Assembly (NCBI RefSeq): GCF_009914755.1
Contig: NC_060926.1
DNA from: the human T2T-CHM13v2.0 reference genome, Homo sapiens
DNA: 64,000 nucleotides
Strand: one strand, 5' to 3'
A program made the position numbers and the translations under genes. Of this stretch, positions 1 through 19,258 are shown piece by piece. The notes beneath the pieces are model-generated. The model saw only the letters and a program-made list of their open reading frames with translations, made no database searches and was not told the DNA's origin. Numbering within the stretch: the first letter of the stretch is position 1; every line of letters begins with the position of its first letter.

Positions 1-286
1 TGGTACATAAAAGGTAACCATCTACTAGGTACTTAGAAATATAGGCAGGAATAGAGGTGATGTGGTGAGATTACAGCTCTTAAGTTTGGAATTTATCAGC
101 ATTGCTTCTGAGTGGAATAATCTAGGAAAAGTATGGTGTAATGAAGCCAAGGAAGCTAAGCTGAAGTGTGAATGGCCAACAGTGTCAAATGTTGCAGAAC
201 ACTTGAAAATGATTGGCTAAGAAGAAGTTGTTGAGAAAGTAGCAGCCAAAAGATTAGGATTCAAAATATATAATAAGTGCTGTGCT

Positions 287-609
<323 letters not shown>

Positions 610-1942
610 CTAGGGACAGGCTGTTTAGCTTTTGCTAAATGTGGAGTTGAGAAGCAATGTTTACTATCAACAGTATACCATTATAGAAGAAACTCATATA
701 ATTTAATAAGAAAATGAAAATCTAATAGAAAAATGGGCAAGTATATGAATAGGCAGTTCACAGAGGAGGAAACACAAATAGGCAATAAACATAAACAAAG
801 ATGTTTATCTTACTAGTAATGTGTGTGAGGGACATTCAAATTAAAAGAACAAAAAATGCTTTTTTATCTATTAGAATTCAAAAATTTTAAATATTTGAGG
901 ACATGAGTAAATATTGATACTTTCACATCATTGATAGGAGTACATTAATATGACCATTCTTGAGGGCAGTAGTTACTAGAATTAGAAATGGGCTCTTCTT
1001 TGATCTAGCAGATCATATTCTGATTTCTCCCCTAGAGTAACATTCATAGTTGCATACAAGAAGATGTATGTGAAAATATTCACAGTGGTATTATTTTTAG
1101 TAAAAGTTACAAAACCATATGTCCAATAGTATGATTTGTGATAATACTCAAAAGGGAGTTGGTCACATCTATAATTTTTAAATGTATACATTTTTAATGT
1201 AATTAATCTGAGTGTTTTGAATGTTCAGAGAAAGGAAGAAATTAAGGAAGTGAGAGCTAGAGAATGGGAAAGGATGCAGTCCAGAGTATAGGTAGAATTT
1301 GATAACGAAAAGGAGAGAAATCATCTTACAATTTTAAAAAAGGGATAAATATAGAAATGGTAATATATTGGCATAAAAATTAGCAAGCTATCACCACGAG
1401 TCAGGGTGGGAGGGAAGGAACTTGTAAATCGTCTCATAAAAATCAGTTAACTATTTTGCCTAAATGTCTGAGATTTAGACAGAAAGAGATACATTCAAGT
1501 AGATTTGGGAATGCATGTGGATTTTTTTTTTTTAATTTATGAAATGTTTCTTGGGTCAGTGACAGAATGACAGTATTTTTCTTCCAATCTGTGGAAGCCA
1601 AATATACTTAGTTGCACTAAATGTTAGCATTGCATTTGGCAACCTTGACAGCACTTTTCTGATGAATGGCGGTTATCTAGAGATGATAATCCCAATAGGA
1701 GGCAGAATGGCAAGGTCTAGATCAAACTATGAAGGGATAATGATAGCCAGCTGATACAGCTGCTGATTAAGATGTTTTTCTCCCTATCATCATACCATTT
1801 TTACTACTCTGAAAAGACAGGTCTAACAATCCTGGTTTGGTATTTATTTGTCTCTGGATTTTAAATTTGTTAAAATTATATATGGTTGTCTTTTGGTTCA
1901 GCTTGCTTTGGTTTGGGCTTTATGTTTTAAATGTTAACATCT

Positions 1943-2446
<504 letters not shown>

Positions 2447-3469
2447 CTAAATTTTTATAAAGCCCATCTTAAACATTATTACTATGAGACTTTAGCTGGG
2501 AAACATGGAATTAAATTTTTTCCTAGTGTGGTAAAATTTTAATCAGTTAATTATTTTTAATTCAGAGGTTCTAAAAGCCACTGAAAATCATTACCACTTT
2601 ATAGTTTTATCTAGGCCTTGCCATTTTGCCTTCTTTTTGGTAGTAGACAAGGTGAGCAACTCTATTAAAATATACAGGACAAGTTCATAAAAACATTTTA
2701 GGAATAATGAACGTTGCCTTTTCTCCCAATCTAGTCTTTACCACTTCTGTTAAGACAATTCTTTTTAAAGTTCACCTTTTAGTATATTCAAAATTTCTTC
2801 AAAACCTTTAGCAGTTCTCTACCAAGTAAGTTCAGAAGCCTTAGAGTTCTAAAACGCAAAATAATAAAATGAGAGAATGCTCATTTCCTGTTTCCGTAGC
2901 ACAGAAGGCTATTTTGTTATAGGCAAATTTAGTTTTAAACAGTTATTATTTGTATTCTCTCATCTAAGCCCAATAATATAGGACCAAAGCTTTTAAGTGG
3001 AAAATTAGTTACAAATAAGTTTCTTTTTGCTGTAGACTTTAAAATGTAGATTAGCAAATACAGAGTTTTATCTCTTGTTCATGATAGTTCATGAACAGAC
3101 CCAGTGAAAGGAAGTGCTGCCATGGTAACGTAAACCAGACTGTTACTTGAGACCATACTCAAGATACTTAACTGCCCTGAAACTGCACGTTTTCAATACC
3201 AGTTTTTCCAATTTGCTATTTCAAGGAAATAGCAACTCTACTGTGATCAAAACAATTTGCAGTCCCCTCACAATAGAATTTGAAAAGTAGACTTGAACTA
3301 AACAATTTCTAGGAGCGTAATCTCAGGAATTCCAAGGTAGAGCATGGCTAGCATTATTAAAATAATTGTCTTGGTCTGTGTATGAAAAGTAATGCTGCGT
3401 ATCTTTTCTATATGAAACTGAATTGGCTTTGGGGCAAAAGATGTTGTAGGTGCTAACATTTTAATTCTT

Positions 3470-3702
3470 CCTTTTTTTTTTTTTGAGACAGCGTTTCACT
3501 CTGTCACCCAGGCTGGCCTCAGCCTCCTGAATAGCTGAGACTATAGGCGCGCACCACCACACCAGGCTAATTTTTTCTATTTTTGTAGAGACAGAGTTTT
3601 GCTATGTTGCTTAAGCTGCTCTTGAACTCCTGAGCACAAGCAATCACCTTCGCCGGCTTCCCAAAGTGCTAGGATTACAGACGTGAGCCACCGCACCTGG
3701 CC
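3470..3702 (-). mobile_element. AluJ-like with internal deletion
   Basis: Antisense Alu, TSD GGTGCTAACATTTT on both sides. Confidence 0.9.
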
Positions 3703-5013
3703 TGGTGCTAACATTTTTTTCCTTGTCATCAAAACACATTTATCATTTGGTCCAGGTGACTGAACATATAGCTAAGTTAAGAAGTTTCATTTAATCCAAA
3801 AATACATTTGTAAAACTTGTCTTTTATTGAAAAAAAAAAAAAAAAAAAGAAAATGTCAAATACTTTTTTAGTATAGTTAATGTGATATCTTGCTGCTAAA
3901 CACCAGGAAAATGTTTCTCCTGATAATCCAGTGCATTTCTTTCTTTATGATAGTGTGATATGACAACCATGGTTTTTCTATTTATATAAATTGCCAGCAT
4001 AGTAAAAAACTGCCTTACACTCAATTGCTACACCTTTTCACAGGCAAAAGGTTTTATTCTCTCCTAAATTAATTTTATCCCGTTTTTTTTTACCACCTAA
4101 CTTTTGCCTTTTATTCAGAACTAATGTATTTTTTTCTTATTGTCGTTTTTTTTTCAAAATTCCCTCCTCGGTGGAAAGTAAAGGAGTAGGAACATACTAT
4201 TATTCAACCAACATGCAGCAACCCTTACGTACGTCAGTTTCAGAATGGCCCCTTAATATTCACCTATTTTGCAGCTATGTCTCTTGCATATAAATCCTCT
4301 TATTTGAATCTCATTACAATTCAGTGAAGTGGCCTGCATTGTTGTTTTACTTTACGGGTAAAATGTAAATGAGAAGTCTGACTCTCAAAAATTAAATGAT
4401 TTGCCCAATATCACATAGCCAGTCAATAAGTAGTGATCGGGACCTTGGTTTTTGAACCTATAGAACGGTGTTCTTTCATTTTGCCATTCTGCTATAAAAA
4501 TTATGAAATGATATTCAGAGATAAAAGAGCGTCAATAATAGACTAGTAGTACCTTGAAAAAGAGTGTGGGAAATGGAAGGACTCTGGAGATCATCACATT
4601 AAATCTTAATAGCAATCATAATAGCTTATATCATAGAAGATTTGATACACGCAAAAAGGAGTATGAGAATGGGAAACAAGTAAATTTTGTTGTTATCTAA
4701 ATAATTGTTAATGTAGTCGTAAAGGTAATTCAAATTTTAAGAAAGAGTTTTTGAAGTAGAAAAGGCATAATATAAAACCAGAAGCTAATAACATTTGAAC
4801 CTCACTAATCTTGTGAATTAGAGGAAGTTTTGTACATCATAGGATGAATCCCTTTTAGTCACTACAGTGCACACATAGCAAGCTCACTTCAACCTTAGTT
4901 TCATACTCAAAAGGTGCTAGAGATTATTTACCCCTGCACATTTATTTAAAACATTTAGACGCTGACTGTTTATGTATAAAAGTTCCTAGTTATTCTTGTG
5001 CATTTTATTCTAG

Positions 5014-5114
5014 GTTAATGGAAAAGGTTCCTTATGGTGTGTTGATCCGGAATATAAACCCAATCTTATCCAGGCACTGAAGAAGCAACCTTTTTCTTCA
5101 GCATCTTCACAAAA
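5014..5114 (+). CDS. FOXN2: FOXN2 coding exon, end of forkhead domain ([33 protein letters not shown])
   Basis: ttttattctag acceptor, AA|gtaagg donor. GKGSLW is the forkhead wing motif. 101 nt, phase 0 to 2, joins the next exon in frame. Confidence 0.96.
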
Positions 5115-5234
5115 GTAAGGATCTTCCATATAACTGTCAGTGGTGATTTATAGGATTTCACTGTGTGAGATGGAGAAACTTAAAGGTCCAGGGTATTATG
5201 TTTCTGTTTTATTGTATAAAGAAGTATTTATGTT

Positions 5235-5560
<326 letters not shown>

Positions 5561-6782
5561 TGTTTTTTCTTTTCTTTTCTTTTCTTTTCTTTTTTTAAGA
5601 AGTATTTATGGATAAGACATTAGCCTAAGTTAGTTTTCCTTATGGTCTAATTTGTGTTTCTAGAATACAGGAAATTGGTGACTTGAGAACATACACTCTG
5701 GGAAATATAGTCAATACTGAGTATAAGTAAACCCTAAAGAAAGTTGTAATATAATTTCAGTTACAAACAGGTCAGATCATTTTAATTGTCTGCAATACTA
5801 ATGCTAACCTAAAAATGAAGGAAATTAAAAATACATTTAAAATTTTTTAACAAGATTATTAAGTTTGTCATTATAACATTTTATATACATATGTAGGTTT
5901 CTTTTTCTGTTTTAGGTTTTTTTCGTAGTACTTAATATTTGAAAAGTATGTTCAAGTCTAAAATTTTTAAATGTTTGGCAAATAAAATAATGCTTTGAAC
6001 TTTGTTTTTATTTTTTCTGGTAAATATAGTTGTACTGTATTTGCTTATAATTTTCCTTGTCTTTGTTTTCAATCCCAGTAACCCCTGTTGATCTTCTAGC
6101 TTCCTCATTTTAAGTTAAATCGGAAAATAATATGACCTTCTTAAATCTGATTTTTGTTTCCTTTTTCTAAAGAAGACTTTAGAGTCTTCTCCAATTTATT
6201 ATATACCTTCATTTGAATTGAAAATCCCAGATTTGGTTAAAATACTTTAAGGGTAGTTTATAATGGCTAACTTGTTTTTTGAAAAATTTAAAAAGATTTT
6301 TAATAAAGTAATAAATGGAAATTTTTAAACATGGAAAAAAGTAGAGAGAAAGTTATAATGAACTCCCAGCTGCAGCAATCATCAACGTTTCATATAGTGG
6401 TTAATTTGAATTCTTAAAGTATTGTTAGATAACTTGTAGAGGAGTGGTTGTAGCTGGAATACAGTAAATAGCTGGGAAGGCTAAAGTTGAAATATCAGTA
6501 ATATATTCACTCACTGAGATTTTAAGCTTCTTTACCATATTATAGATTAGATGGATCATTATAAAAAGAATAACTGAGTGGTTTATCTTTATGAAATGAA
6601 ACCTAGAAAAGAAGTTACCAGATTTTATATTCTTACTTGGAAATTGATATCTTTATTAATTAATTTTGGTTATTATGAGGCATTTTAAATAATAATTTAG
6701 AAACTAATGGTGAGTTCTACTGATGTTCACCTATGTGTTTTACTTAGCTGTGTTGGGTTTTTTTTTTTTTTTGCTGAAGATT

Positions 6783-7449
<667 letters not shown>

Positions 7450-8249
7450 GATTAAACTACAACATAAGGGTTATATATAACCTTTTGACTTTAAACCCTT
7501 AATATAAAATGAAACATTTTGCCCTTTATGTTGTTTGGCAAAATAACAGTTCCATCTGACATGCTTTTGTGTAGCCCTTGCATATAAGAATTTGTAAGTC
7601 TGAGGAAAAGAGTGAGATACAGTATATGTAAAACTATGAATAGGAAATAAACTTTTAAGTTCGTTAACAAATAGATTTTTTTTTCATGCTATCATAAATT
7701 CCAAAGAAGAGAAGTAGTTTTTCCCAAAAATATTTTAATTCCTGGATTAAAAAAAGAACTGTTGGTGTCTTTCCATGAATATAGAAAGTTTAATTTTATG
7801 TTTATTAATAAAATCAGGAACATACCTGTTTGCTATCACTACCAAGTGTTCCTTAACCATGAATTTTGGTAAATGCTTTTATTTTTGTGGTAATACCTAT
7901 ATTAGTATTATATCAAACTTAAGAATCCAATGCAAAACCAAACAGTAACTATCATGTATTATCTATAGTTCCAGGCATTTTAAATGCATTATTATTATTT
8001 AATTATCACAACAGCCTATGTGGGAGATTTAATTATTCCTATTTTACAGATGAAGAAGCTAAGAGATTAATTATTTTGCCTAAGAACATCCAAATAGTTG
8101 TGATTTACCTCTTTTGGCTCCTATGCTCTTTCTGCTTTGGCAGACTTTCTAAATTGAGTAGTATTAGCAAAGAAAACAAGGTAAAAATAGTTTGTTTTTG
8201 GTGGTACAAATTAGCTGTATTTGTGACTAAGTTCTATAAAAAGTGAAAT

Positions 8250-8546
8250 AGTTGGGTGCAAGTGGCTCACGCCTGTAATTCCAGCACTGTAGGAGGCCAA
8301 GGCAGGTAGACTGCTTGAGCCCAGGAGTTTGAGACTAGCTTGTACAACATGGTAAAACCCTTTCTCTACCAAAAAAAATTAAAAAATTAGCCACACATGG
8401 TAGTGCATGCTTGTGGTCCCAGCCACTCAGGCAGCTAAGGTGGGAGGATCACCTGAGCTCAGAAAGTCAAGGCTGCAGTAGGCTGAAATCATGCCACTGC
8501 ACTCCAGCCTGGGCGGCCAGCAGAGTGAGAGAGAACCTGTCAAAAA
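8250..8546 (+). mobile_element. AluJ
   Basis: Diverged Alu dimer with an AAAAGTGAA flanking repeat. Confidence 0.88.
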
Positions 8547-8609
8547 TTAGGGGGAAAAAGTGAAGTAAACATTTTTATAAGCATATTTGCTTTTCTGTTT
8601 GTTTTTCAG

Positions 8610-8674
8610 TGGTTCTTTATCACCTCACTATTTAAGCTCTGTAATCAAGCAGAACCAGGTGCGAAACCTCAAAG
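8610..8674 (+). CDS. FOXN2: FOXN2 coding exon (N-GSLSPHYLSSVIKQNQVRNLK-E)
   Basis: gtttttcag acceptor, AAG|gtatgt donor. 65 nt, phase 2 to 1, in frame with both neighbours. Confidence 0.95.
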
Positions 8675-8693
8675 GTATGTGTGAATATCAGTA

Positions 8694-9885
8694 CAGTCAT
8701 GCACCACACAACAATCTTTTGGTCAACAACAGGCAGTGCATAACAATGGTGGTCCCCTAAGATTATAATGGAGCTGAAAAATTTCTATTGCCTGGTGCCC
8801 TGGTAGCTTGTTGTAACATTGTGGCACAACGCATTTACTGAAGTTTGTGGTGATGCTGGTGCAAGCGGACTCACTGCACTGCTAGTCCTGTAAAAGTATA
8901 GCACGTAGTTATGTACATATGTTAATACTTGATAATGGTAATAAACTATGTCACTAGTTTATGTATTTACTATACTTTTTACTGTTATTTTTGAGTATAC
9001 TCCTTCCACCAATTAAAAAAAGTTAACTGTAAAAGAGCCTCACACAGGTCCTTTAGGAGGTATTCTAGAAGGCATTGTTACAGTAAGATGACAGCTCCCT
9101 GTGTTTATTGTCCCTAAAGACCTTCCAGTGGGACAAAAATGTAGAGGCAGAAGACAGTGATATTGATCTTGACCCTGTGTATGCTCAGGTTAATGTGTGT
9201 ATTTGTATCTTTGTTTTTAACTAAAAAGTTTAAAAAAAGTTAATTTAAAAATAGAAAAAAGCTTATAGGTTATAAATAAAATATTTTTATACAGCTGTAT
9301 TATGTATTTTATGCTGTTATTACAAAAGAGTAAAAATTTAAAAAATTAAAAAGTTTATAAAGTAAAAGTTTACAGTAAACTAAGGTTAATGTATTATTGA
9401 AGAAAGAAAAAATTAAAAAATCAATTTAGTGCAGCCTAAGTGTACACTGTTTATAAAGTCTACAGTAGTGTACAGTAATATCCTAGGCCTCTACATTCAC
9501 TCACCACTAACACTCTCTGGCTCACCCAGAGCAATTCCGGTCCTTCAAGCTTCATTCATGGTAAGTACCCTATACAGGTGTACCATTTTAAATATTTGTA
9601 TAGTGTTTTTATTGTACCCCCTTTTTTGTTCCCTGGCAGAAACTAATAGATCATTTACTGTACCTTTTCTGTGTTTAGATACACAAATACCATTTGTGAT
9701 ACAATTACCTATAGTATTCAGTACAGTAACATGGTGTACAGATTTGTAGCTCAGGAGCAATCCTAGGTGTGTAGTAGGCTATACCATTTAGGTTTAAGCA
9801 CACTCTATGATGTTCACACAGTGACAAAATCACCTAACAGTACATTTCTCAGAACATATTCCCGTCATTAAACAAAGTATGACTG
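8694..9885 (+). mobile_element. Tigger3b/MER7B (TcMar-Tigger non-autonomous DNA transposon)
   Basis: TA|CAGTCATGC... start and ...ATGACTG end (TIRs), ~1.2 kb. Internal GGTGGTCCCCTAAGATTATAATGGAGCTGAAAAA matches Tigger3 as I recall it. Confidence 0.85.
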
Positions 9886-9894
9886 CATTTTTAT

Positions 9895-10360
9895 TTATTT
9901 GTTTTATTTTTAAGAGATGGCGTCTTGCCATGTTGCCCACACTGATCTTCTGAATGCCTGGGCTCAAGTGATCTCCTACCTCAGCTTCCCAAATAGGTGG
10001 GACTACAGGTGCACATGACTGTATTTTAATTCATAAAAAATTCAGATAAAAATTTGGGATATTTTGTTGTTGCTGTTTAACATTTTTCTATTTTAACAAG
10101 TATTATGTATTTATTATAGGAAATTTGGGCAATAAAAACATTTATTAAAGAGAAAGTAAAGTCATTTATCCCATTGTTAATATTTTATTTTTATTTATTT
10201 ATTTATTTATTTGAGACAGGTTCTCACTCTGTCACCCAGGCCAGAGGGCAATGGCACAGTCATGACTCACCATAGCCTCACAATCCTGGGCTTAAGCCAT
10301 CTTCCCACCTTAGCCTCCCAAGTAGCTAGGACTACAGGTGCCATTACACCTGGCTAATTT
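9895..10360 (-). mobile_element. Alu monomer fragments (9895-10015; 10190-10360)
   Basis: Antisense Alu arm sequences. TTGTTAA(T/C)ATTTT flanks the second. Confidence 0.8.
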
Positions 10361-10623
10361 TGTTGTTAACATTTTGATATAATTCCTTTGGGGTTTTTTT
10401 AATGCCACATATGTGAATAGATACACTTGCATGCGTGTATGTACAGGGACACATACATAAACACACACATACTTTTTCTCCAGATACTAGATTCACACTG
10501 TGTATACAGTTTTATATCCCTTTTCCATTTATTTTTATGGGTATTTTTCATTGAAAATAGGATTGAATTTTTTAGTAATATCAGTAGAGTTATTACCTTT
10601 TCAGGTCTATCTTAGACTAGAAA

Positions 10624-10873
10624 AGGGGTTGGCAAACTATGGCCCATGGCCATTTCTGGCCTGACATCTGTTTTTGGGTGTCCCATGAGCTAAGGATGGT
10701 TTTACATTTGTAAAATGGTTGGAGAAAACAAAATCAAATAACAATAAAATTTCAAGACTGTGAAAATTCATTGCAACAGAGACCTACATATTATATCCTG
10801 GGTTTTGCCTCTTAGCATGCAAAGCCTAAAATATTTACCTTCTGACCCTTTACTGAAGAAGTTTGTCATCCCT
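10624..10873 (+). mobile_element. MER58-like hAT-Charlie MITE
   Basis: AGGGGTTGGCAAACT...AGTTTGTCATCCCT inverted termini and internal MER58-type motifs. Confidence 0.75.
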
Positions 10874-12041
10874 CAAATTAGAATATGCTTGAAGATATTT
10901 CTCCTGTAGGTTATTTAATCTGAAGAACTTTAATTTTAAAAGATAATAAGTTGACTTTTTAAAAGTATATCAAAATTCTGAATTAGTGGGTTTTTTTCTT
11001 GTAGATTAGTAGTATATTAAAATCAGTTTTCCTAGCGTTGCTTTGGAGCCTGGAGACATTTTCATAACCTTTAAAAATAGAAAATTTCAGATGAAAACCT
11101 TTCTGTGTATCAGAAATATTTTGGCTCTTTGGAACTATACTAAACTGAGCCTCAGAAGCAGTGTGCTGATATCTTTAAAAATAAAGGAGGAAAAGAATAT
11201 GAAAAAGTTCTAGAGAACCCTGCAAAGAAGTTAAATGGATAGGGGATCTGTTTCAAATAATGTTCTGCCTTAACATAAGACAAATATCCGTGTTCCTGTT
11301 ACCTACATCAGTCAAATGTGGTTTCTCTTTACATTTAGGTATTGCCAAAATGCCTTTATCTTTGTATTGCCTCAATAAAGTCTGACACTTATTCTCTAAA
11401 GCTCAGTTCGTATACATATCTTGAGAACATTTTCTTTGTGAATTCTGGAGTTTACTTAAATCTTTTCTTGCTCTTGTTCTGTTCTATCCAAATTCTTTCT
11501 TTCTTTGGGGAACAGACATTTCCACAAGTTTTTGCTGCTAGTTTCACCTGCATGTTTTTCATTTACTAGGGCACAGGTACTTCTTCTTCATCTAATGACT
11601 TGTACGTATTATGCATCATCTGTCTAGTGCTACCAGCACCTTACCTCCATTCCTATATGCATGAGTCTTAGGCCTGTTCCTCTAGTAATAATTAACTTAG
11701 TGGGGAGGTCGTTGGCATTCTAGGTTAAAACAAATGCACATCTGTCCTGGAATATAATACAAAATTCTCCATGAATTTTAAGGGAAGAAAACATAAAACC
11801 TCACAAAAATTTAGGGAATTTTATTTTTGAACTTGGTTGTTTTGGGGTATATTTCTGAGGAAATTTTCTCTTGCCTCTTTATATTATTTCTAGAGAGAAG
11901 TTTAAAAAACACCAAGTGGATTAGACATTCATTACAACTAATACTGTTGAGCCAGACTCCTTGTGCCAGACACTGTTGGAGGTTCCTTGGGATATGCATA
12001 GATGAGAGACCCAGGCCCTGCTCTTAGAAAATATATACTTT

Positions 12042-12423
<382 letters not shown>

Positions 12424-12609
12424 TCATAACAATAGAGAGAGTTGTCTGGCAGTTGCTAGGAATCTGTCTGGCATGTTGATATAGACCAGGTAGATGTGGT
12501 CATTTGCGTGGGCAAGGCAAATGTAGCAGAAGTTTAAGAGCTTATTTAGCATAATAAGGACTTTGAACATCCTCCTCTGCCTAGAACAATTAATAAGCCT
12601 TAAGTTGCT

Positions 12610-12800
12610 TACTTGATGCTTTGCATGCATTATCTAATTTAATCCTTAAAACAACCCTCTGAGGTATTGCTGCCCCTCTTTTACAGATAAGCAAACTGAA
12701 GTTTGGGGAGATTAAGTAACTTCTCAAGGTCACACAACTAGTAAGTGGCAAAGAAGGATTCAGATTGAATAATTCTAATTTCAAAGCCTGACTCCTACTA
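12610..12800 (-). mobile_element. MIR
   Basis: TTTTACAGATAAGCAAACTGAAG...AAGTAACTTCTCAAGGTCACACAACTAGTAAGTGGC core. Confidence 0.8.
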
Positions 12801-13804
12801 GATAAGTGGCACTGGGAGACCTGCTGAAGAACTTTAAATAGTGAAGTGACATCGTCAGTTTTATGTTTTATAAAGATCACTTAGGTATTATCATTGGCCT
12901 CCAATATTAAAACTTACATATTCATCTAACACTTCATAGAATCATCTTTACTGATCATTATATTAGAGCTACCTTTAGACACGGAAAACTAAAGGGAGAG
13001 ATTAGGCTTAGAACTCCAGAAACTGTTATCAGCCTAAACAGGTGCAGCAGTGTGTTTGTTGTCTCTTGATCAACTTACAATGACTTTTATGTGACAGTAT
13101 CAATGTTATGGCATTGTATAATAGATAGCAGGAGACACAGGATTCTTACACTGAGATAGCAGAACGAAATTTTTTTTGGTCAATAGTTTGGTTTGGTGTG
13201 TATTTAGAGTAAATTCACCTGTTTAAAAATATTACTGAGCTGTTCTAGACACCAAGGTACATCAGTGAAAAAAGCAGACAAAAATGGAACTCACATTCCA
13301 GTTAGTAAATTTTAGTAGTTATACTAACTGCTAAAAGCACCTGGTATACTACAAACAGATATAAAATTAAGGTAGTTGATGGTGATGTTAGGGCTACATG
13401 TAAAGCTAAGATTTGTGTCTTACTGAAATGAAACTAAACCAGTGGTCCAGACAGCTTAAAGTGTTGGTAATTTATTGAAACTATTCTTCTACTTCAGAGA
13501 ATTACAAGAGACAGCTTCTCCATCTGGATGCTCTGCAAATGTATATATTAGTTTTGATAGAGACAATAAATCCTTTTGTAATTACTACAAAGCTTATACC
13601 ATTTGAATTATTTCTATAGTTCTCATATCATTCCTTACACAAATGGACTGAGAGTCAAACAACAGAAATATGCTCGACTTATAACCTTACTCTCATATGG
13701 CTAAAACTAGTGTCTGAATTGTTTTTAATTATTTTTAATCATTTCCCAACATCAAGGTTAAGGAAATAAAAACCAACAGGCACAAATTAACAAGTTTTTT
13801 AAAT

Positions 13805-14108
<304 letters not shown>

Positions 14109-14359
14109 AAATTCATGGTGTTGACACGGTTTTGTTTGAACCAGTTATGAAATCAGTAGCATGTTTGAAACTATCAAATTTTGGTTCCTTTTGAACTGGA
14201 TATGTTAGATAATACAGCTAATAGTGTTATTGTTTTTAAAAACAGAGCCACCTTTAAAATAGCATAAAGTACTTTATCAATGAAAAAATACCATTATGAA
14301 GTATTTTCAAATGTGACAATAAACAAATGAGTCTTCAGTTTAAATTTCATAGCAAAATT

Positions 14360-14804
<445 letters not shown>

Positions 14805-15223
14805 GATGGTGATTTGGATCATTCATTGCTTATTTTTAATGTTGAAGTTAAACTTTTTTTCACAGTTAATTGGCAAGGCATTGCAGGAAGCACACTTATA
14901 AATGTTTTAAACAAATAAGATACAGGCAAAATCCTTTTGCAAAGAAGTGTTTGGTTTCACAAAGTTAATTTCATGTTGGAGATTTCAAATTAATTTGGCT
15001 ATAAGTTATCTACCATAAATAAATCTATTTAAGGTGTATTTTTCCTACCATTCTACTGTTATAGAAACAGTACTTAATTTGTTAACACTTTACAATATTC
15101 AGAAATGGTATTCATGTAGCTTTCTTATGTTATCAGGATAAGCCTCTTACCAGTTTTAGGTGTTGTGTTTCAAAATAATGTTCCTTGAATCATAATGGAT
15201 GTTTGTTAAAAGAAGTGAAGTTA

Positions 15224-15998
<775 letters not shown>

Positions 15999-16026
15999 TT
16001 AGTTTATGGAGAAGTAATCTCTCTGT

Positions 16027-16220
16027 TGGGGCTTTTGCATAATGCCATGCAAGTTGTGCCCTCTGCAAGTCCACCTGGCTTAAGGCAGTGAGTGGGGCCT
16101 GAAATTCAGCCCACATTCCATTCGTCTAGCTGTGTGCCTTGAATAGGGAACCATTCACCTGGAGGAAGATTTGCCTTTTTTCCAACTCACACAGAGACAC
16201 AATATGGGCTAGCGGCTGCA
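16027..16220 (+). mobile_element. MER91A-like hAT-Tip100 element
   Basis: GTGGGGCCTGAAATTCAGCCC...ATATGGGCTAGCGGC motifs. A related copy lies at 44741-44975. Confidence 0.6.
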
Positions 16221-16544
16221 ACTTTTCTTCTTCAGACGTGTTAGAATACTGAACTCAAAAAGAATTGCCTCAGGCTTCATCCTAAAAGACAGGAATTGGA
16301 GAGGTCATTGTTTTTGCTAGCCTCTTGGATGTGGCATGTGGGCATCATTGATTCAAATCCTTTGTACTTGCTCTTCTTTCTGCCCAGTACTCTTTTCCCT
16401 CAGATATCATTCTTTCTCTCCCTGAGGTCTTTGCCCAACTGTAGCCTACCTTCTCCTTCAGGATTTCTCTGACCTCTATATTTAAAATTGTAACCACTTT
16501 CCCCAACACTCTATTTCCCTTTCCTCTTAATTTTTTTAAATTTC

Positions 16545-18130
<1,586 letters not shown>

Positions 18131-19258
18131 ATCATGAGGTCACATTTTACTTGGGGAAAAAGAGGTAAAGTATTATGTGCTGTTTCATAGTGGCCAGCAT
18201 CTGATTTACTTAAGCCTGTTAGTGTTATCAATAACAACAGCATTTCCTACCTTAAGAGAGTTTATGGTCTAGTTGGAGAGAAAACAAGTCATTATCTTCA
18301 TGGCTTTATTATCTACAATAACTTTTAAATTAGACATTGAAAGTAAATAGGAAATCTTTATGGTAATAAAAATTTCCACCTTTGAGATATAGATTAGAAA
18401 TTTCATATCTGAGTCTTATTTTAAATGTCTTTTTGTAAGCTAAAATTTATAAACATTTTCTAACTTTTCTAATTATTAATGGTGTAATTTAGATTATACC
18501 ATTTTACTTTTCTTTAGTTATTCAGACTAGTATATCACCAAGATGAAGAACTTACAGCAGTAAATATAAGTAGGTATGAGAGCATAACTTTATCTGTTGT
18601 AGAACCTGCTGATTTTGCCAGTCTTTTAAAGCCCATTTTTAATGGAGTATCCATTTGACTTCATGAATATTATATAAATTTGTCGTACATGTAGGCTTGT
18701 GTATAATCATGACTAAAAACAATAATAATTATTTTTGTTTCTGCATAATTATTCACTTAGCATTTATAGGTTTACATGACCTAGACTGACGAATTACATA
18801 TTTTTATCTCCTGTAACTGGCATGTAATTAACATAGTACTTCATAACTGCAGATATGCATAGGTAATGATAGTATTCAAGTAAAAATGCAAAAAAAAAAA
18901 AAAGGAGTAACGATGTACATTCTTAGCTAATTTAATCTGTTTAAGGGGAAACCTTACTGAAATACAGTTTAAGTTTTCGTTTTCATTGTGAATAATTAAA
19001 GAAGAGAACTTGCATTATTTCTGGTATCTCTCCATCTCTTTTACACTGTATTGTTCACAAAACTGTTTCGTGATTTTAAGTGAACAAAATCAGACTTCAG
19101 AATAATATATAATATCTCATTTTTGTTTGATGTGCGTTTATGCTTTCTTAGAATATACACCAAAATTGTAACGCTGGTTATCTTCAGGGGCATGCAAATA
19201 CTTAGAATAGCCTCTCCTTTATAAAGAACATTAATATTATTACTTTTTCCCTTTTCAG

